A DNA stretch of 64,000 bases. Origin: Agathobacter sp. (lineage in GTDB: Bacteria; Bacillota; Clostridia; Lachnospirales; Lachnospiraceae). The position numbers and the translations under genes were made by a program. The notes below the pieces were generated by a model that did not search any database, was not told the origin of the DNA, and saw only the letters and a list, made by a program, of their open reading frames with translations. The stretch lies in the NCBI GenBank assembly GCA_045641745.1, contig JAZUHO010000109.1, positions 23,519-87,518 of the forward strand. The letters are read 5' to 3'. Shown here one piece after another: positions 39,187-48,035 of the stretch (positions are counted from its first letter, which is position 1; the number at the start of each line of letters is the position of its first letter).

Positions 39187-40233
39187 ATGGACGTAAAAGA
39201 TTTTTATTATGACCTTCCAGAGGAACTGATTGCACAGGATCCTCTGGAGGATCGTTCAAGCTCAAGACTTATGGTCTTGGATAAAACAACAGGTGAAATT
39301 GAGCATAAGGTATTCAGGGATATCACGGAATATTTAAAACCAGGGGATTGCTTAGTGCTGAATAACACAAAGGTTATTCCAGCACGCCTTTTCGGAGAAC
39401 GAGAAGGAACGCAGGCAAAAATTGAGATTCTATTACTAAAGCGAAAAGAGAACGATGTTTGGGAGACTCTGGTAAAACCGGGGAAAAAGGCAAAACCAGG
39501 AACTAAAATTATATTTGGTGAAGGCCTTCTTGTCGGTGAAGTAATCGATGTGGTAGAAGATGGTAACCGTTTGATACAATTTCATTATGAGGGAATCTTT
39601 GAAGAAATACTGGATCAACTGGGTCAGATGCCATTACCGCCATACATTACGCATCAACTAGAGGATAAGAATCGTTATCAAACTGTATATGCAAAATACG
39701 ATGGATCTGCGGCTGCGCCAACTGCAGGGTTGCATTTCACCCCAGAGCTTTTACAAAAGGTACGTGATATGGGAGTTTCTATTGCGGAGGTAACCTTACA
39801 TGTTGGTCTTGGAACCTTCCGTCCAGTTAAGGTGGATAATATACTAGAACATCATATGCATTCTGAATTTTATATGATAGATCAAAAAGCTGCAGATATG
39901 ATTAACGCGACGAAAGCGGCAGGACATCGTGTGATTTCCGTTGGTACCACAAGCACAAGAACCTTGGAATCCGCTGCAGATGAAAAAGGTATGCTGAAGG
40001 AAACCAGCGGATGGACAGAGATTTTTATTTATCCGGGATATCAATTTAAAGTAATTGATGGATTGATTACTAACTTCCATCTTCCAGAGTCTACATTAGT
40101 TATGCTTGTGTCTGCTTTGGCTGGGCGTGAACATGTGCTGGCAGCATATCAAAAGGCTGTAGAGGAAAAATATCGCTTTTTCAGTTTCGGTGATGCTATG
40201 TTTATTGCAGATAGGGGGAACCAATCGAACTAG
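39187..40233 (+). CDS. queA: S-adenosylmethionine:tRNA ribosyltransferase-isomerase
   Basis: [28 protein letters not shown] and [10 protein letters not shown]. Confidence 0.98.
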   Translation: MDVKDFYYDLPEELIAQDPLEDRSSSRLMVLDKTTGEIEHKVFRDITEYLKPGDCLVLNNTKVIPARLFGEREGTQAKIEILLLKRKENDVWETLVKPGKKAKPGTKIIFGEGLLVGEVIDVVEDGNRLIQFHYEGIFEEILDQLGQMPLPPYITHQLEDKNRYQTVYAKYDGSAAAPTAGLHFTPELLQKVRDMGVSIAEVTLHVGLGTFRPVKVDNILEHHMHSEFYMIDQKAADMINATKAAGHRVISVGTTSTRTLESAADEKGMLKETSGWTEIFIYPGYQFKVIDGLITNFHLPESTLVMLVSALAGREHVLAAYQKAVEEKYRFFSFGDAMFIADRGNQSN

Positions 40234-40236
40234 TGC

Positions 40237-40265
40237 TTGTAAATCTAGTACATTTGTAATACAAT
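40237..40265 (+). promoter_or_regulatory. SigA promoter of the PilZ gene
   Basis: TTGTAA-N17-TACAAT. Confidence 0.55.
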
Positions 40266-40308
40266 ATATGTACTTGATAGACCGAGAAGGTAAAAGGAGA
40301 GACCATAT

Positions 40309-40647
40309 ATGGAAGAAAAGAGAAAGCATAAAAGACTTGATCTTAATGTATCAATTCAATTGGAAAAGTTGAATGAAGATGGGGTTACTACGTACAAATA
40401 TATGGATGTTGAGGTTACAGACATTTCGAGAAGCGGATTAGGATTTAATGCAAAGCAGGAGCTTGAAATAGGAACCTTTTACGACACGAAAATTCAGATT
40501 TGGACCAAAGAGGTTGTGGATGCAGTAATTGAAGTTGTCCGTTGTAGTAAGGATGGAGATCGATACCATTGTGGCTGTGTTTTTATTGGTATGACAGACA
40601 CGGATGCACTTAAGATTGATATTTACCAGATTTTTAATGACTTATAA
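40309..40647 (+). CDS. stand-alone PilZ domain protein (c-di-GMP receptor)
   Basis: RxxxR (RKHKR) and DxSxxG (DISRSG) motifs intact. Confidence 0.88.
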   Translation: MEEKRKHKRLDLNVSIQLEKLNEDGVTTYKYMDVEVTDISRSGLGFNAKQELEIGTFYDTKIQIWTKEVVDAVIEVVRCSKDGDRYHCGCVFIGMTDTDALKIDIYQIFNDL

Positions 40648-40651
40648 TCAT

Positions 40652-40676
40652 GGGATGCTTCGGCATCCCTTTTTTT
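40652..40676 (+). terminator. terminator after the PilZ gene
   Basis: GGGATGC-TTCG-GCATCCC followed by T7. Confidence 0.8.
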
Positions 40677-40688
40677 GAAGAGGAAATT

Positions 40689-41996
40689 ATGTTATTGAAT
40701 GAAACTTATGAAGTGAAACGGGTGCTGAATCCACCCAAAGCAATTGTTGCTAACGTGCCTGGGTCAAAGAGCATTACGAATCGTGCATTGCTAATTTCTG
40801 CTATGTGTGAGGGAAAATGTACATTAGATGGTGTTTTGTTTTCGGATGACTCTAGGCATTTTCTTAAGGCTTTGCAAGATTTGGGCTTTAAAATGGAAAT
40901 TGACGAACAGGCATGTAGAGTATCTATAATTGGATGCGGAGGAAATGTACCACGGAATCTGCACGAATTCAACCCACCAGAAATTTATGTTGGAAGTGCG
41001 GGAACAGCTGCACGTTTTCTGACAGCTTTTTTAGGAATGTCGCACGGGAATTATCGAATATCGGCATCTGAACAAATGTCAAAACGACCTATGAAGGAAC
41101 TATTGATGGCTCTTTCACAGGTGGGATCAGAAATTGTTTATGAAAATGAGGAGTACTGTTTCCCGTTTCAAATCGGAATGAAAAAGCGTAAGAGGAATCG
41201 GGTAGTTATCGATGTCGAAAAGAGTAGCCAGTTTTTAAGTGCACTTCTGATTTTGGCTCCGCTTTTTTCCGAAGATTTCTTTATTGAAGTGGTTGGAAAG
41301 CATGGATTATCTTATGTGGAAATGACAATTAAAATGATGGCAGATTTTGGCGTTACGGTAATCAAAGAAAGCGACCAGTGTTACCGTATTCCTGGTGGGC
41401 AAAAATATCAGACGAGAGATTATCAGATTGAACCTGATGTTTCTGCTGCGTGTTATTTTTATAGTATGGCGCCTATTTTAAAAATACCAGCATGTGTACA
41501 AAACGTGACACGTGATTCGTTACAGGGAGATATTCAATTCCTTTCTGTTTTAGAAAAAATGGGATGTAGTATTCGGGTAGAGGAATCTCAACTTTGGGTG
41601 GAACCACCGAAGGATGAATTAAGGGGAGGCTCCTTTTGCTTGTCAACATTTTCTGATCAGGCGTTGACATTAGCATGTCTGGGAACCTATGCAAAGGAAC
41701 CGGTTACAATTACGGGAATCTCTCATATTCGCTTTCAAGAGTGTGACCGAATAAAAGCCATTACAGATAATATGCAACGGGTAGGAATTGAGGTAAAAGA
41801 GCTAACAGGCGGAGTCATAATTATTCCGGGAGAGAAGCATGCGGCAGAAATTGATTCCTTCGAGGATCATCGTGTTGCGATGTCATTTTCGCTTCTGGGA
41901 ATAGAAATGGATGGAATTCGAATTCAAAATCCGATGTGTTGCCGTAAAACCTTTGAACATTATTTTGATGAGTTTGAGAAAGTGCTATATAACTAA
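40689..41996 (+). CDS. aroA: 3-phosphoshikimate 1-carboxyvinyltransferase
   Basis: PGSKSITNRAL, GTAARFL, SSQFLSALL, ECDRI and DHRVAMS. Confidence 0.95.
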   Translation: MLLNETYEVKRVLNPPKAIVANVPGSKSITNRALLISAMCEGKCTLDGVLFSDDSRHFLKALQDLGFKMEIDEQACRVSIIGCGGNVPRNLHEFNPPEIYVGSAGTAARFLTAFLGMSHGNYRISASEQMSKRPMKELLMALSQVGSEIVYENEEYCFPFQIGMKKRKRNRVVIDVEKSSQFLSALLILAPLFSEDFFIEVVGKHGLSYVEMTIKMMADFGVTVIKESDQCYRIPGGQKYQTRDYQIEPDVSAACYFYSMAPILKIPACVQNVTRDSLQGDIQFLSVLEKMGCSIRVEESQLWVEPPKDELRGGSFCLSTFSDQALTLACLGTYAKEPVTITGISHIRFQECDRIKAITDNMQRVGIEVKELTGGVIIIPGEKHAAEIDSFEDHRVAMSFSLLGIEMDGIRIQNPMCCRKTFEHYFDEFEKVLYN

Positions 41997-42004
41997 AACA
42001 AATA

Positions 42005-42043
42005 AAACCATACATCAGGAGAAATTCCTTTTGTATGGTTTTT
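42005..42043. terminator. bidirectional terminator between aroA and tyrA
   Basis: AAACCATACA...TGTATGGTTT. Confidence 0.6.
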
Positions 42044-42083
42044 CTTGTTAACTGGATTGTAAATTTGCAAATGAGTTTACGAT

Positions 42084-43175
42084 TTATCGAATATATAACT
42101 TATATTCTCCTTGCTCTAAGAGTGAAATTGCATGTGCCAAAGCATCTGCATCATAAAACTCAATACGTAAGACACCTTCTTCAAATTCACGGTTATTGAT
42201 AATGCCAATATTTTTAATGCTGATATTGGATTTTGCCAGTATGGTTGCAATTGTAGCAATTCCTCCGGCCTCATCAATTAAGTCAAGATAAAGCTCAAAA
42301 ACAGTGGCATTCTTATTTGGAATGCTGAGGGAATCGCGATAATCTTTGGCAGATTGGAAATAAGAAAGTAATCCTTGGGAATCTTTTTCCTGTATCATTT
42401 CTTCTACCAATTGAATTTCTTTTTTGTAGTTGTCAATCAAAGACAAAAGCTGCCGTTGGTTGGACAGACAAATATGCTCCCACATAACAGGTGAAGAGGA
42501 GGCGATACGTGTTATGTCACGAAAGCCACCTGCAGCAATTGTTTTCATTGTCTCTTTTGGGTCATCGGATTTCTTGATGAGGTTAACAAGTGCGAAGGCT
42601 ATCATGTGAGGAAGATGGCTGATAGATGCAGTCGCATAATCATGTTCCTCATAGTTCATGACAAGCGGAATGGAGCCCAACTCTTTAACAAGCTGATAGA
42701 AGTCATCAATAGTCTGCTCTGGTGTGTCCTTTGTCGGGGTGATGATATAGTATGCATTTTCTAAAAGATATTCATCGGCATTTTGGATTCCGGTCTTCTC
42801 AGAGCCTGTCATAGGATGTCCACCAATAAACTGCGCATTCAATCCCAAGGAAGAGGCGACTTCGTGTATTTGCGCCTTGGTACTACCAACATCTGTGATA
42901 AAAGTATTCGTTGAAATGATATTGGCTAGTTCTTTTAGATATTCTATATTTTTTTGAACCGGTGCGCACAAAAAAATAAGGTCGCAGTCTTTAAATGCAT
43001 CAAGAGGAAGCATTGTTTTGTTTTCAATTAATCCCAGTTGATGCGCTTTCTCAAGAGTATCTAAATGACCTGCGGTTGCAATGATAGAAACCTCAGGATG
43101 ATTGTTTTTCATTTTTTTTGCGATGGAGCCACCAATTAGTCCAAGTCCAATAAAGCCCACTTTGTTATAGTTCAT
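42084..43175 (-). CDS. tyrA: prephenate dehydrogenase with C-terminal ACT domain
   Basis: GLGLIGGS, DVGSTK, GGHPMTGSE, SHLPH and GGFRDITRIASS. Confidence 0.95.
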   Translation of the reverse strand: MNYNKVGFIGLGLIGGSIAKKMKNNHPEVSIIATAGHLDTLEKAHQLGLIENKTMLPLDAFKDCDLIFLCAPVQKNIEYLKELANIISTNTFITDVGSTKAQIHEVASSLGLNAQFIGGHPMTGSEKTGIQNADEYLLENAYYIITPTKDTPEQTIDDFYQLVKELGSIPLVMNYEEHDYATASISHLPHMIAFALVNLIKKSDDPKETMKTIAAGGFRDITRIASSSPVMWEHICLSNQRQLLSLIDNYKKEIQLVEEMIQEKDSQGLLSYFQSAKDYRDSLSIPNKNATVFELYLDLIDEAGGIATIATILAKSNISIKNIGIINNREFEEGVLRIEFYDADALAHAISLLEQGEYKLYIR

Positions 43176-43444
43176 AATAGGTCTCCCATATTTTTTTCTT
43201 TTTCCATTTTACTATATTTGTTTAAAACGTTAAAGTGAATTTTGTAATTGGAAAAAGGCGTTAATTTTGAAAATATCAGTGTATTCGCAGAAAAACGGCG
43301 CATTTTCAAAAAACTTACAAGAAATATTGTAATAGTTGCATAAAATAGTTGTAAATTTGATAGAAGATTAGTAGAATATAACTATAATCTGCAGAGGTGC
43401 AGAAAGGGGATTTACATCAAAAAGCTTACAGGAGGTATTTTACT

Positions 43445-45535
43445 ATGAATGTTTACACAACGGACAAGATAAGAAATGTCGTGCTTCTCGGTCACGGTGG
43501 CGCGGGCAAGACTTCGTTAGTTGAGGCAATGTGCTACCTGGCCGGTATGACAACGCGTATGGGTAAGGTTGAGGACGGAAATACAATAAGCGATTATGAC
43601 AAAGAAGAAGTAAAAAGAGGCTTCTCTATTCGAACTTCTGTGATTCCAATCGCATGGCAGGATTTAAAAATTAACATTCTTGATACTCCAGGTTATTTTG
43701 ATTTTGTGGGAGAAGTAGAAGAGGCGGTTTCAGCTGCAGATGCAGCAATTATTGTGGTGTCTGGTAAGGCAGGCGTTGAAACAGGAACAAAGCGAGCATG
43801 GGAAATCTGTGAAAAATATAAGCTCCCACGTATGTTCTTTGTGACGGAGATGGATATAGATAATGCTAGCTATCGTGAAGTGGTTGAAAAACTTCAGGAA
43901 TTATATGGAAAAAAGATAGCACCTTTCCATTTGCCAGTTCGAGAGAATGAACAGTTTGTTGGTTATGTTAATGTAGTACAGCAGAAGGCAAAACGTTGGA
44001 AAGAGAACGGTGAAGTAGAACATTTTGATGTGCCAGAGTATTCGAAGGCAAATCTTGAAATATGTAGAGAAGCATTAATGGAAGCAGTTGCAGAAACAAG
44101 CGAAGAATTTATGGATCGCTATTTTAACGGTGATGAGTTCTCTGAGGATGAGATTCGTCAGGCTTTGCGAGTAAATGTAATTGATGGCTCTATTGTGCCA
44201 GTATTAATGGGTAGCAATACATTAGCAAGAGGTATGTATACTTTGATGGTTGATATAGGAAAGTATTTTCCAAGTCCAGATAAACGTGAGTGCGCAGGTA
44301 TTAATACGAAATCCAATGAGGTTTATCAGGCAGACTACGATTTTTCAAAACCAAAATCTGCATATGTTTTTAAAACAATTGTGGATCCATTTATTGGTAA
44401 GTATTCACTGATTAAAGTCAATTCTGGTGTAATTAAATCCGATGACCTATTGTATAATTACCATCAGGATTTTGAAGAGAAAATCGGCCATCTTTATGTA
44501 TTGAAGGGAAATAAAGCCGAAGAAGTATCAGAATTGCATGCAGGTGATATCGGGGCTTTGGCAAAGCTTCAGAAAACAGTAACTACGGATTCCTTGTCAA
44601 CGAAAGCAAATCCGGTTGCCTATCTGAGAACAAGTATTTCGAAACCATATGTAAATCTAAGATACAAAGCAAAGAATAAAGGGGATGAAGACAAGATTTC
44701 CCAAGCTTTACAAAAAATACTACAGGAAGATTTGACAATTTCTCACGTAAATGATAGTGAAAATGGACAGACTTTATTGTATGGTATGGGAGAACAGCAT
44801 CTAGAAATCGTTGCAAGTATGCTTCTCGAAAAGTATAAAGTGGACATCGAATTGATGAAACCAAAGGTTGCATTTCGTGAGACACTTCGCAAGAAAGCGG
44901 ATGTGGAGTATAAATATAAAAAGCAGTCAGGTGGACATGGACAGTATGGTCATGTTAAAATGACATTTGAACCATCTGGAGATGTAGATACTCCATATGT
45001 TTTTGATCAGTGTGTCGTAGGTGGCGCGGTTCCAAAGAACTTTTTCCCAGCAGTGGAAAAGGGCGTAGCAGAATCTGTTAAAAAGGGACCTTTAGCAGCA
45101 TACCCGGTTACTGGTGTAAAAGCAGTTTTATATGATGGTTCCTATCATCCGGTAGATTCGTCGGAGATGGCATTTAAGGTAGCAACACAGCAGGCATTTA
45201 AGAAAGGTTTCTTAGAGGCTAGCCCTGTACTACTTGAGCCGATTGCTACATTAAAGGTTGTTGTAGAAGAGCAATATACGGGCGATGTAATGGGTGATTT
45301 AAATAAGAGACGTGGACGTGTTATGGGTATGAACCCAACAGACAATGGTGCGACAGAAATTGTTGCTGATATTCCATATCTCGAATTATATGGTTATAAT
45401 ACACAGCTTCGATCTATGACAAGTGGTAGCGGTCAGTTCTCGTATGAATTTGCCCGATATGAGCAGGCACCAGAGGAAGTGGCAAAGAGAGAGATTGAGG
45501 AGCGCAAGAATAAGCTCACCGAGATTGAAGAGTAA
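43445..45535 (+). CDS. fusA2: elongation factor G paralogue (EF-G II / FusA2)
   Basis: GHGGAGKT, DTPGY, GEQHL, KQSGGHGQYG, DGSYHPVDSSEMAF and LLEPI; not in the str operon. Confidence 0.9.
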   Translation: MNVYTTDKIRNVVLLGHGGAGKTSLVEAMCYLAGMTTRMGKVEDGNTISDYDKEEVKRGFSIRTSVIPIAWQDLKINILDTPGYFDFVGEVEEAVSAADAAIIVVSGKAGVETGTKRAWEICEKYKLPRMFFVTEMDIDNASYREVVEKLQELYGKKIAPFHLPVRENEQFVGYVNVVQQKAKRWKENGEVEHFDVPEYSKANLEICREALMEAVAETSEEFMDRYFNGDEFSEDEIRQALRVNVIDGSIVPVLMGSNTLARGMYTLMVDIGKYFPSPDKRECAGINTKSNEVYQADYDFSKPKSAYVFKTIVDPFIGKYSLIKVNSGVIKSDDLLYNYHQDFEEKIGHLYVLKGNKAEEVSELHAGDIGALAKLQKTVTTDSLSTKANPVAYLRTSISKPYVNLRYKAKNKGDEDKISQALQKILQEDLTISHVNDSENGQTLLYGMGEQHLEIVASMLLEKYKVDIELMKPKVAFRETLRKKADVEYKYKKQSGGHGQYGHVKMTFEPSGDVDTPYVFDQCVVGGAVPKNFFPAVEKGVAESVKKGPLAAYPVTGVKAVLYDGSYHPVDSSEMAFKVATQQAFKKGFLEASPVLLEPIATLKVVVEEQYTGDVMGDLNKRRGRVMGMNPTDNGATEIVADIPYLELYGYNTQLRSMTSGSGQFSYEFARYEQAPEEVAKREIEERKNKLTEIEE

Positions 45536-45544
45536 GGAGTAATT

Positions 45545-46822
45545 TTGAAGAAAGTCTGTCTACTATGGACAGTACTATTGGTTGTAGTTTTGATTTGGAT
45601 AAATCCAACAAACTGTATAGCTGAGGTGCCAGAGGGAAGAAATACTTCTGGCGCCTTTTCTTTTTACAGCGGACATCGTTTAATGATTTTATATCAATTG
45701 AACGGTGGAGAAAATAGTTGGATGAATGTCACGTTTTTAGATGGAAATGAGGAGCTGCTGCTTCATAAGCCGCATCGCAATGGATTTTCATTTGAAGGCT
45801 GGTATCTTGATTCTAGCTTTAAACGAAGTGTTTCGAGAATTTATCCGTGGCAGGTTGGTTACATTCGTTTATATGCCAAGTGGAATGACGGAATTGATAA
45901 TCGTGGAAATGTGCAGGATTATCCGTATAGTTCAAGCGGTACCAACCAAGGCCAAACAATACGACTGAAGGACTGTGTCTATGATTTTTGTGAGGATGTG
46001 AATATTCCAGGAATGCCTTCCACACAAAATGACTCAATTTTGAATAGCTTTATATTTAGTGCATCACAGTGTCCGCAAGGGCTATGTATAACCGAAGAGT
46101 TCTATCTTATGACGTCCTATTCACAGGAAGAAGACCGCATGGGAGAGTTGCTTGTATTTGACAGATTTACAGGGGAAATTCTTGTGACGCTTGGAATGGA
46201 TGAACAGAGTCATCTGGGTGGCATTGCTTACGATGGGAAGAATGTGTGGATTTGTAATTCGAAAAATCGCACTTTGGAGAGAATATCCTATGATTTTATT
46301 CAGCTTATGGCACACAAAAACAAAGGGAAAGTAATTGATGCACGTAGTATGGTTGACACTTTGCCAGTGGAAAATGTTCCCTCCTGCATTACTTATAATC
46401 ATGGACGATTATGGGTAGCCACACATACTATCGTGATGAATTCTAAAATGATTGCCTATTATTATGATGCCAATAGCAATTCTTTAAAGGCTTTGAATGA
46501 ATACACGATTCCAAGGCAGGTACAAGGAATTACATTCTCAGAAAAGGGTGAGGTGATTTTAAGCACCTCCTATGGTAGAACCAGATCTTCGTATCTCAAG
46601 ATTTATCGATCTACAGTAGAATTATCTGCCAAACCGAATCGGCCTTTGATACAGATTGAAATGCCTCCAGGATCGGAGGAGGTTGATTATGCAAATCATC
46701 AAATCTATTGTGTGTTTGAATCGGCAGGAAATAAATATTATCTTGGAACAGACGGAAAGGGGACAAGCATATGCCCCCTTGATAAGATATTAGTGATTTC
46801 AATGGACTCCATTTTGAAATAA
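45545..46822 (+). CDS. secreted protein with an InlB B-repeat-like domain and a probable beta-propeller
   Basis: Signal peptide; YQLNGG...P.R.GFSFEGWY...LYAKW; PQGLC, HLGGIAYDG, VQGITF and STSYGR blades. Confidence 0.7.
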   Translation: MKKVCLLWTVLLVVVLIWINPTNCIAEVPEGRNTSGAFSFYSGHRLMILYQLNGGENSWMNVTFLDGNEELLLHKPHRNGFSFEGWYLDSSFKRSVSRIYPWQVGYIRLYAKWNDGIDNRGNVQDYPYSSSGTNQGQTIRLKDCVYDFCEDVNIPGMPSTQNDSILNSFIFSASQCPQGLCITEEFYLMTSYSQEEDRMGELLVFDRFTGEILVTLGMDEQSHLGGIAYDGKNVWICNSKNRTLERISYDFIQLMAHKNKGKVIDARSMVDTLPVENVPSCITYNHGRLWVATHTIVMNSKMIAYYYDANSNSLKALNEYTIPRQVQGITFSEKGEVILSTSYGRTRSSYLKIYRSTVELSAKPNRPLIQIEMPPGSEEVDYANHQIYCVFESAGNKYYLGTDGKGTSICPLDKILVISMDSILK

Positions 46823-47224
46823 TTGCATCATCTGCTTCGCTTTTTCCTGGTCTTCATGGGAAAGACTATGAAAAAGCGAGGAAGTGAGTTGATCCATATC
46901 TTGCTTGGTGGTAGGGGTGGATTGATTAAATAAAAGTTGAAGATTTTGAAATAGTTCACGTTCTTTTGGAGAACATAGTTCGAGAAGCTCTTTTTTTAGG
47001 GCTTCTTTTTTGCTTTCTTGGTCTAACTGACATGCCATAAGTTCACCTGCTCCATTTAAAGATTTTTGCACTTCCTGATATTCTAAATAGGGGATAATCA
47101 TGGAAACCATCTTTTGATAATTGGGATTCAAGTAAGGTAAAAAAGTCTTTAGAACATTGATATTTTCTTTTTGTGTACATTTATCATATTTCGTCACAAC
47201 AACACCTAATGCTTTTTCTTTCAT
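46799..47224 (-). CDS. hypothetical helical protein; likely start MKEKALG
   Basis: 3' half of the track ORF (LKTFLPYL...Q...IIPYLE; SLS.EDQEK); the 5' half overlaps a better-supported + strand ORF; no strong RBS. Confidence 0.55.
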   Translation of the reverse strand: MKEKALGVVVTKYDKCTQKENINVLKTFLPYLNPNYQKMVSMIIPYLEYQEVQKSLNGAGELMACQLDQESKKEALKKELLELCSPKERELFQNLQLLFNQSTPTTKQDMDQLTSSLFHSLSHEDQEKAKQMMQLFQNGVH

Positions 47225-47299
47225 TTTATGCAGCAATAGGAACCTATATTCCAGTTTTTCATATGTTAATAGATATACAATGGGACAGGAGGAAAAAGC

Positions 47300-47473
47300 A
47301 TGCTTGTTGTCGACGGCCATGATGTGTTTGAGATAGATGAAGAATGTATAAAAAGGCGAAAAATTCCAAATGCTTGTAAGATGGAAGAATATCTTGATAA
47401 CAAAAAGGCAGGAAAAAGGCACAATTCCAATTTGAAAAAGGATGAGAATACATTGTCTCAACAAAAGAAATAA
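47300..47473 (+). CDS. small 57-aa hypothetical protein missing from the ORF track
   Basis: AGGAGG-N7-ATG; MLVVDGHDVFEIDEECIKRRKIP...QQKK*; terminator immediately downstream. Confidence 0.7.
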   Translation: MLVVDGHDVFEIDEECIKRRKIPNACKMEEYLDNKKAGKRHNSNLKKDENTLSQQKK

Positions 47474-47482
47474 AAGAACAAA

Positions 47483-47513
47483 AAGGCTGTGCATGAATCT
47501 GCACAGCCTTCTT
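47483..47513. terminator. bidirectional terminator
   Basis: AAGGCTGTGCA...TGCACAGCCTT between convergent small ORFs. Confidence 0.75.
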
Positions 47514-47520
47514 GGATGGT

Positions 47521-47742
47521 TTAGAAGAAATTGCTTCCACAACCATTGTTGCAGCAAAGAAGAAGGAGAATAATAAGGAGACAGCTATCGTTGCCTCCGC
47601 AACCTCCGCCAAATCCAAAGCGTGAACCATTTCCGTTGTTACAAATACTGCATAGGATAATTAACCATAGGATACTATTGTTTCCATATCCACATCCACT
47701 TTCATTACATCCACCACAGTTTGCTGCTGCTAAATCACTCAT
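47521..47742 (-). CDS. small Cys/Gly/Asn-rich hydrophobic protein, probably spore-associated
   Basis: GGAGG RBS; 10 Cys in 73 aa; two hydrophobic stretches; SigK-like promoter upstream. Confidence 0.8.
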   Translation of the reverse strand: MSDLAAANCGGCNESGCGYGNNSILWLIILCSICNNGNGSRFGFGGGCGGNDSCLLIILLLLCCNNGCGSNFF

Positions 47743-47772
47743 ACGTAACCTCCAAATAATTAATACAATACT

Positions 47773-47798
47773 ACGATATGCAGAGGAAAACTTTTGGT
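47773..47798 (-). promoter_or_regulatory. SigK-like promoter of the Cys-rich gene
   Basis: Minus strand AC-N16-CATATCGT matches AC-N16/17-CATAnnnT. Confidence 0.45.
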
Positions 47799-47923
47799 TA
47801 CAAAAAAATGAAATGAAATTTTATTCTACGTCAATTTCTTGTATATTAGAAAGTAAATTTGCTAGGTTATAATAAATATAAAAAAGAAAAATAGTGAAAA
47901 GAGTAGAAAAATATGGCAATGCA

Positions 47924-47981
47924 TTGACAAAATGATAGGTTAGCAATAGTATAGTTTAAAGGACGTATAATTGTATACAAT
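47924..47981 (+). promoter_or_regulatory. SigA promoter plus GntR/FadR-type operator for the Re-citrate synthase operon
   Basis: TTGACA-N17-TAGTAT; perfect palindrome ATTGTATACAAT at 47970-47981. Confidence 0.6.
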
Positions 47982-48035
47982 CATACATGTATAGTTATGC
48001 ATCTGAAAAGAAATAATATGCATTGGGAGAATATT

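Noticed and set aside
47225-47557. 5' extension of the 252-aa minus-strand ORF
   Set aside because: Antisense to the RBS-supported 57-aa ORF and runs across a terminator
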